Assembly (NCBI GenBank): GCA_002633005.1
Contig: NMRA01000344.1
Location: forward strand, 99,008-163,007
Origin: Phoronis australis
Taxonomy: Eukaryota; Animalia; Phoronida
Length of the DNA: 64,000 nucleotides
Reading direction: 5' to 3'
In this document: piece after piece, positions 58,646 through 64,000 of the stretch
How the letters are laid out: every line of letters begins with the position of its first letter
Position numbering within the stretch: position 1 is the first letter of the stretch
The notes under the pieces: generated by a model
Database searches by the model: none
What the model was told of the DNA's origin: nothing
What the model saw: only the letters and a program-made list of their open reading frames with translations
Made by a program: the position numbers and the translations under genes

Positions 58646-59096
58646 GTAAGTTGCCTTTTTTGTTGGCCGGGTGTGCTCGATTTGTGTACTATCAGTGTAG
58701 GTTGTGCAAACGAATAGAGTCGTACCCCGTGTTGACAATTAACTATAGTCTACAGACTACTACGGGAAGTCGGGAAAGTACTTCTGATTTGGAAAATTAT
58801 GATGCACACCCATTTAGAGAGTGGACTCTATATCGCAGTACCGGCAAAGGGGCCCATCTGTAAGAAACTCCTTGAAAACTCACCTTTTGACAAACAATTT
58901 CCCAAAAACCGCCTTTTGTTTGGGTTAATTTCATCAGAAGGGAGGGGTGGTTCTCTACTCTAGTGAAAGTGTGCCACCAAGAGGTCAGAATTTGGCTACC
59001 AAAAAGGTATTTAACCTATTTGGAAACCAGAAATTCCCTTTTGTAATCAGTGACGCAAAAAAATCATAGAGGGACACATTTGTATACATATATACC

Positions 59097-59392
59097 TGTT
59101 GTAATATAAGGGGGTCACTGGCCAAGCAGACACACAGGTTTGGGCCTATTAACGCGGTGCAAGAGAAAAGTCCGGAGTATACTCACATTGCGTCCGGACA
59201 AAAGCAAACTCCAGAAGAGCCAGACGATCTTGTCACGTGGTCTTGAAGGGTGACGGTCACATGATAGAAGGGTGACCTCGGCTGGGCTCTTCTGGCGTTA
59301 GATGTCGCACCAGGCCAAGACCAACATTGTTAACAAAAGGACATCACAACATAGAGACGCCACAGCCGAGACTGACGTCCACATTTACTACA
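59097..59392 (-). repeat. 3' LTR (296 bp)
   Basis: On the minus strand it begins TGTAGT and ends ACAACA; near-identical to 63735-64000. Confidence 0.93.
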
Positions 59393-59406
59393 TTCCTCCC
59401 TTCCCT
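59393..59406 (-). other. Polypurine tract
   Basis: AGGGAAGGGAGGAA directly abuts the TG of the 3' LTR. Confidence 0.88.
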
Positions 59407-60278
59407 AAAGAAAAGGAGTGGAGCCCTTATAGCAAATGGCGAACGTCACTCCCAACACCTAAACATAAACCCTTGACCTAAGACAACAGTGACACGACTT
59501 TAAACCCTATAACTAACATGATGAGGAGTGACCTTGTGAAGTAAGAATTACTGTTTGAAATTTAATCTAACTATTCTCCCCCCCCCCCTACCAAAAAAAC
59601 AAATACTAATTAGACACACAGTCATTGCATATATCCACTTAGTAGTCGAACATGACTAAAAAAGAAAAAAAAGAAAATATGCTCCACTAATACCAGTACC
59701 AGGGAGCATAGAATTCCTGGACTATGCTATGACAACACTCTGATTGTTGGTGATGACCTGGCGAGAGAATATATACATTTTTTGAAAAAAACTAAAAAAA
59801 TGAACAACAAAAGCATACTGGCCATAAAATGAGTATTCATTACTTTAGTAGTGATGCACCGAGATATAAAACGATATAGTCTTTAATAACATACATAGAC
59901 TATATAGGAAACTTAACTTAATATACAAAAATAAACTATATAGTAACAACTAATACATAATACTATAGAAAGTATAGTCTTGAATATATAAATAGACTAT
60001 ATCTAGTATGAAAACTCATAACAAAAATATACTATATAGTTTTAACAAATAAGCACTTCTGTATAAAAATAATGGACCAGTACGCTACTTTAACTACTTA
60101 TACTACTTAATTAGGACATAACACTTCTACTAGGACCAAGGGTAAGGCACAAACCCAGAGACCGTAGTCAGCCTCAGAGTTTATAATAACGGGCAATTAC
60201 CCAAGTGACTAGGAGAAAACCCGGGGCATAAGTTATGACCCAGGCACACCAGGATGCTGAACCACCTCTAACAATTTG

Positions 60279-61499
60279 TTAGAGATGGTAAAGCCGCCTG
60301 GCATTCCTGGTGGAAACAGCCAGGATGTCACGCAGCGGACGACGAGAACGCTGCGCCACCTCCATAGCTACTTCCCCCAGGTATTGGGGTGCCATTGGGA
60401 CTTGCCCAATGGCGAGGTGCGGTGAATCAGATTCCAGGAGGAGTCGATTCAGCGGAACCTCTTGTAACCCCTTATTTTGGAACTTTAGAAACTGCCGCAC
60501 ATGACCGGCGAAGCCGAAGTGGCAGTTTCTAAAGAACCCCGTCCACCGGAGTACATCCTCGGGCGCACCTCCAAAACAATGGAGATGCAAACCCCAGTCT
60601 GCATCACAGTGGCGCTTCAGGAGACCAAAGACGAAGTCTTGTCCCTCCAAGAAGCGTGGATTGTCGGGGGAACCACGAAGGTGGATCACCACGACTTTGT
60701 TTTTGAAGCTGGGGGAGCTGGCCCGAACCTCCGCAAAGATTCGCACCATCTCCTCCAAAGCTTCTTTTTGGATGGCCAAGTCCTCCCGGGCCTCCAGACC
60801 GACCTCGCCTAGGCCAGCTACAAAGGGCTACTTTAGTAGCTGGGGGAGACGCTCCAGAACACCGGGGTTCGTTGATCCAACCCGTTTTGGGTGGATGCCC
60901 ACCACAGCCTTCCAGCCATGTGTGAAAGGGGAAGCCTCAACGTACTTCCAGTTTTCCACATCGCAGAAAACTGCAATCCCACCAACCAACCGCACAGGTT
61001 TTTGAGAAACCCGTGGCAGCTGGGTGCTGAGCATCTGATCGATCGTCAGCATCCTAGTCTCAGTGATATGACACTGAGCCCAGGATGCCGACAAGCGATC
61101 CAGATGGAAGTGGGCATCTATAGCCAAATCAGGAGATGGTCCTGATTTAGCTTTGGACGCGGACGGCGAAGTCCCAGATGAACGTCGACTCTTTAGGGGC
61201 CGGCCAGGTGGCTGGCGGGCTTTTGCCACACACGACATCCGAGGGTTAGGCGAACAAGCATCCCTCACCCTTTGTGGAAGTGTGACCTTCTGCCTCCGGT
61301 GGAGCAGACGGCCAGTCTGTTGGTGTAGGGTGTTACCAGAAGACGCCTCCTGAATATTAATAGTGTCCATAGGGGCATCTACAAACTCAGGAGGTGGATC
61401 CTGCAAAACGACAGGGTTGTGGGGCACCTTTGACCCCCCTGAAATGGGATCCGGAACCAGGGTGTGTACAAAATCTAATGACTCAGAATTACCAACAAG
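60279..61499 (-). pseudogene. TatD-family metal-dependent nuclease inside the LTR element; one in-frame TAG at 60828-60830
   Basis: IDAHFHLD, VGIHP, GLGEVGL, VVIHLR, HLHCFGG, LLLESDSPH and NARRLY: the full TatD motif series in one frame. Confidence 0.9.
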
Positions 61500-61941
61500 C
61501 TAGAAACAGCTTCACCACTCAACTCAGACTTATCTATCGAATCAACCGGAACCAAGACTGGGGTGTTAATCACATCAGCATCAGTAATGGGTAACTCAAT
61601 CGGACTAATCTGAGTGAGCACGGAACTTTGGGAGGCCGGACACTCCATATCACCAAGGGAATCCCGAGCACAAGGCATATCAGTAGACAAGTCAACCAAA
61701 TCATGAACTACATCACAAGATCTAGCCAAGACAGGTCGACCTCTCCCTCGACACTCATCGCGCACAGAAATACCTCGAGAAGAAGTGGACAAACTCCCTA
61801 CCTTAAAACAGTCTAACAGATTAGTCGATAGGCGTTTGATGTTTTTATTTAATGAACCTAATAGACCATCCGTGGGACCGAATTTCTTAGTGGGGCGGTC
61901 TGAGGATACCCTACTATTGGCATCACGAGATTGGACTGGAG

Positions 61942-63390
61942 TTAGACCTGATCGTCCAGCCTCAACTCGTTTAAATCATCGGACTTATCCCCAAAGGATG
62001 TACGACGAATTCTAGCCGACTGCGGGCTCCGGCACGCAGACTGGTAGTGACCAAACTTACCACACTTAAAACACATTACTGAAGGTCTTTGTGGGGAAGT
62101 TTGGGGGGACCTAGATAGTGGAGGGGATCTGGATGGTTTTGAATTAGAATCCAACAATTTTAGTACCCTCGACAAATCTGAGGTAATGCCCCTAAAATTC
62201 GAACTCATAGTCTGGGACATACTCTTAAGTTCTCGATGTATAAGGGCATCGTCTTCTTTAAGACCTCCTATTTCAGAGTTGACCTTAGCCATCTGAGATT
62301 CTAAAGCATGCAGCCTAGACTCAACCGCAGAGTTTGAAGCAGAGGATGCTATTGGACCGAATTTAAGCGCAGGTTTTTTGTGCTGCGAAAGCAGGTTGAC
62401 AGAAGCTGCGTCATTGCGCGATGGTGAGCCCTCGAACCAAACAGACCGACGGTTTTGATTTGCCATCAATCGCTGGGTCGTTGCGAACCATGCAGCTTTA
62501 GACTCTGCCTCAGCTATGGATACAGGGGATGAGTTCATCACCTGCGTACCTACAACCTTATCTCGTAACCCAAGGGAGAAACGGAATACAAGATCTACCT
62601 TTTCTTGCTCCGAAGGGTTCGGGAAGGCTTTTAAAAACAACCTGCTTAACCTACACGCCCAGTTCTCAATAGATTCCCCCGGCTTTTGCTCGGCGTATTG
62701 GAATTCAAGCCGTAGGACCTGGGTGCAGTCAGTCGAAGAAAAATGTTCCGACATGTGTGCAACCACGTCATCGAAACCAGAATCTGGGTTCGTTCTCATG
62801 AAGTTAAGGAAGAAATGCAAGGCCACATCGTCCAGACACATTCCTAACTCCCAGACGCACTTGTCTTCGGACCATAAGTTGTCCTTAGCCAAGCGCTGAA
62901 ATTTCCAAAAAAAGTCGTCCCATTAGCATTTTTCCCCTTGAAAAACTAATTTAGATGGGGCATTTGGCCTTAAACTATAGGGACGGGTGTGGGTAGACGG
63001 ACCAACCGTTCGGCTACCAGAACTCGGGCCAGGCACAGGCGAAGAAGAGTACTTCCTTCTTACTGTAACAGGGGACTTGCTCAACCTGTCACAGGCCTGG
63101 GCAATGCTACTTAAGTCCTGGGGCAAACGGGTACATACAGGACTACCCAGAGGAGAGGTATCTCGGGACTTAACATCACCATATTGGGTGAAATCAATGC
63201 CAGAAATAGCACTCCTCGTCAACCTCCATCCGGAATGGATGTGGTTAACATTTTCTGGGGTTATCGACTGAGTTTGCCGAAAAGCCAGAATGGATTGGGC
63301 AATATCTTCTGTCATGCCCGAGAGCTTGAATAACTCTTGGGAAAGACAAAAGTTTACCGGAACCCTGTCTTGGAAACACATCCTAAACAC
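61942..63390 (-). pseudogene. gag: gag: HhH-like N-terminus, capsid-like domain, CCHC zinc knuckle; one in-frame TAA at 62923-62925
   Basis: ORFs 62923-63390 and 61942-62892 share a frame: KLVFQGEKC*WDDFFWKFQRLAKDNLWSE. Also QKPGESIENWACRL and CFKCGKFGHYQSAC. Confidence 0.88.
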
Positions 63391-63718
63391 ACGGGGCTTT
63401 GTCTTAGGAAAACCACGTGGTCACGTGACCTATTCTAGAATTCCTAGAAAGGTTCAAAACTCTAACTAAAATACAAAATAATAAATACAAACTATACTAT
63501 ATACAATTACACCAATAATAAATACCTATTTACATGAACCTACAATTCCTACACTAAACTAACGCCAAACGCTTGAAATTCTCGTAAACCTGAACTCAGG
63601 CACTGCAAAAGCAGTGACGCACGTGGCTGTCAAAATGGGCACGAGAAAACAAGTTACGAAAACTTATTTCCCGCCACCACCGAAAGACACGCACGCCGCT
63701 CCAACACCGGGAAATAGG

Positions 63719-63732
63719 TGCCGACTACGCCA
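63719..63732 (-). other. Primer-binding site, tRNA-Ser
   Basis: TGGCGTAGTCGGCA lies 2 nt from the LTR and is complementary to the tRNA-Ser(AGA-type) 3' end ...UGCCGACUACGCCA. Confidence 0.9.
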
Positions 63733-63734
63733 AG

Positions 63735-64000
63735 TGTTGTAATACAAGGGAGTCACTGGCCAAGCAGAAACACAGGTTCGGGCCTATTAACGCGGTGCAA
63801 GAGAAAAGTCCGGAGTATACTCATAATGCGTCCGCAAAGGACGGGAGCGAACTCCAGAAGAGCCAGACGATCTTGTCACGTGGTCTTGAAGGGTGACGGT
63901 CACAGAGAAGGGTGACCTCGGCTGGGCTCTTCTGGCGTTAGATGTCGCACCAGGCCAAGACCAACATTGTTAACAAAAGGACATCACAACATAGAGACGC
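63735..64000 (-). repeat. 5' LTR, truncated by window end
   Basis: Matches 59097-59360 with about 10 substitutions and 2 small indels. Confidence 0.93.

Larger units (their letters stand above)
59097..64000 (-). mobile_element. Pol-less Gypsy-like LTR retrotransposon carrying gag and TatD; right LTR runs off the window
   Basis: Direct repeats 59097-59392 and 63735 to >64000, TG...CA ends, PBS, PPT, gag with CCHC knuckle. Confidence 0.93.

Noticed and set aside
60279-61427. TatD as a host gene or bacterial contamination
   Set aside because: Intronless, enclosed by paired LTRs with PBS and PPT, co-oriented with gag, and contiguous with eukaryotic repeats.
61475-61975. Retroviral protease/RT in the -1 frame
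   Set aside because: No D(S/T)G, YxDD or integrase motifs seen; it reads as a low-complexity linker.

Overview
Eukaryotic (metazoan, probably invertebrate) genomic DNA with two N gaps. Two spliced genes lie on the minus strand. One is a complete 8-exon CDK2 (49131 to 41178, 302 aa) with an E2F/E-box/CCAAT promoter. The other is 13 phase-compatible exons of an ADAM disintegrin-metalloprotease (28578 to 3635, 3' end outside the window or in the gap). Its zinc site reads HEIGQKLGFEDD, so it is probably non-proteolytic. Introns and intergenic DNA are packed with transposon remnants: ISL2EU/Harbinger-like, Kolobok-like (THAP + KolX-like), hAT-like MITEs with 5-bp TSDs, MULE- and Harbinger-type MITEs, Helentron-like elements carrying CTCF-like motifs, a truncated LINE, tRNA-derived heads and tandem repeats. 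The most unusual object is a ~4.9-kb LTR retroelement (59097 to >64000, minus strand) with a tRNA-Ser PBS and a PPT. It has no protease, RT, RNase H or integrase. It encodes a Gag with an N-terminal helix-hairpin-helix-like motif, then a -1 slippery site with a stem-loop, and finally a full TatD-family nuclease domain. All calls are from reading the sequence by eye; no searches were run.
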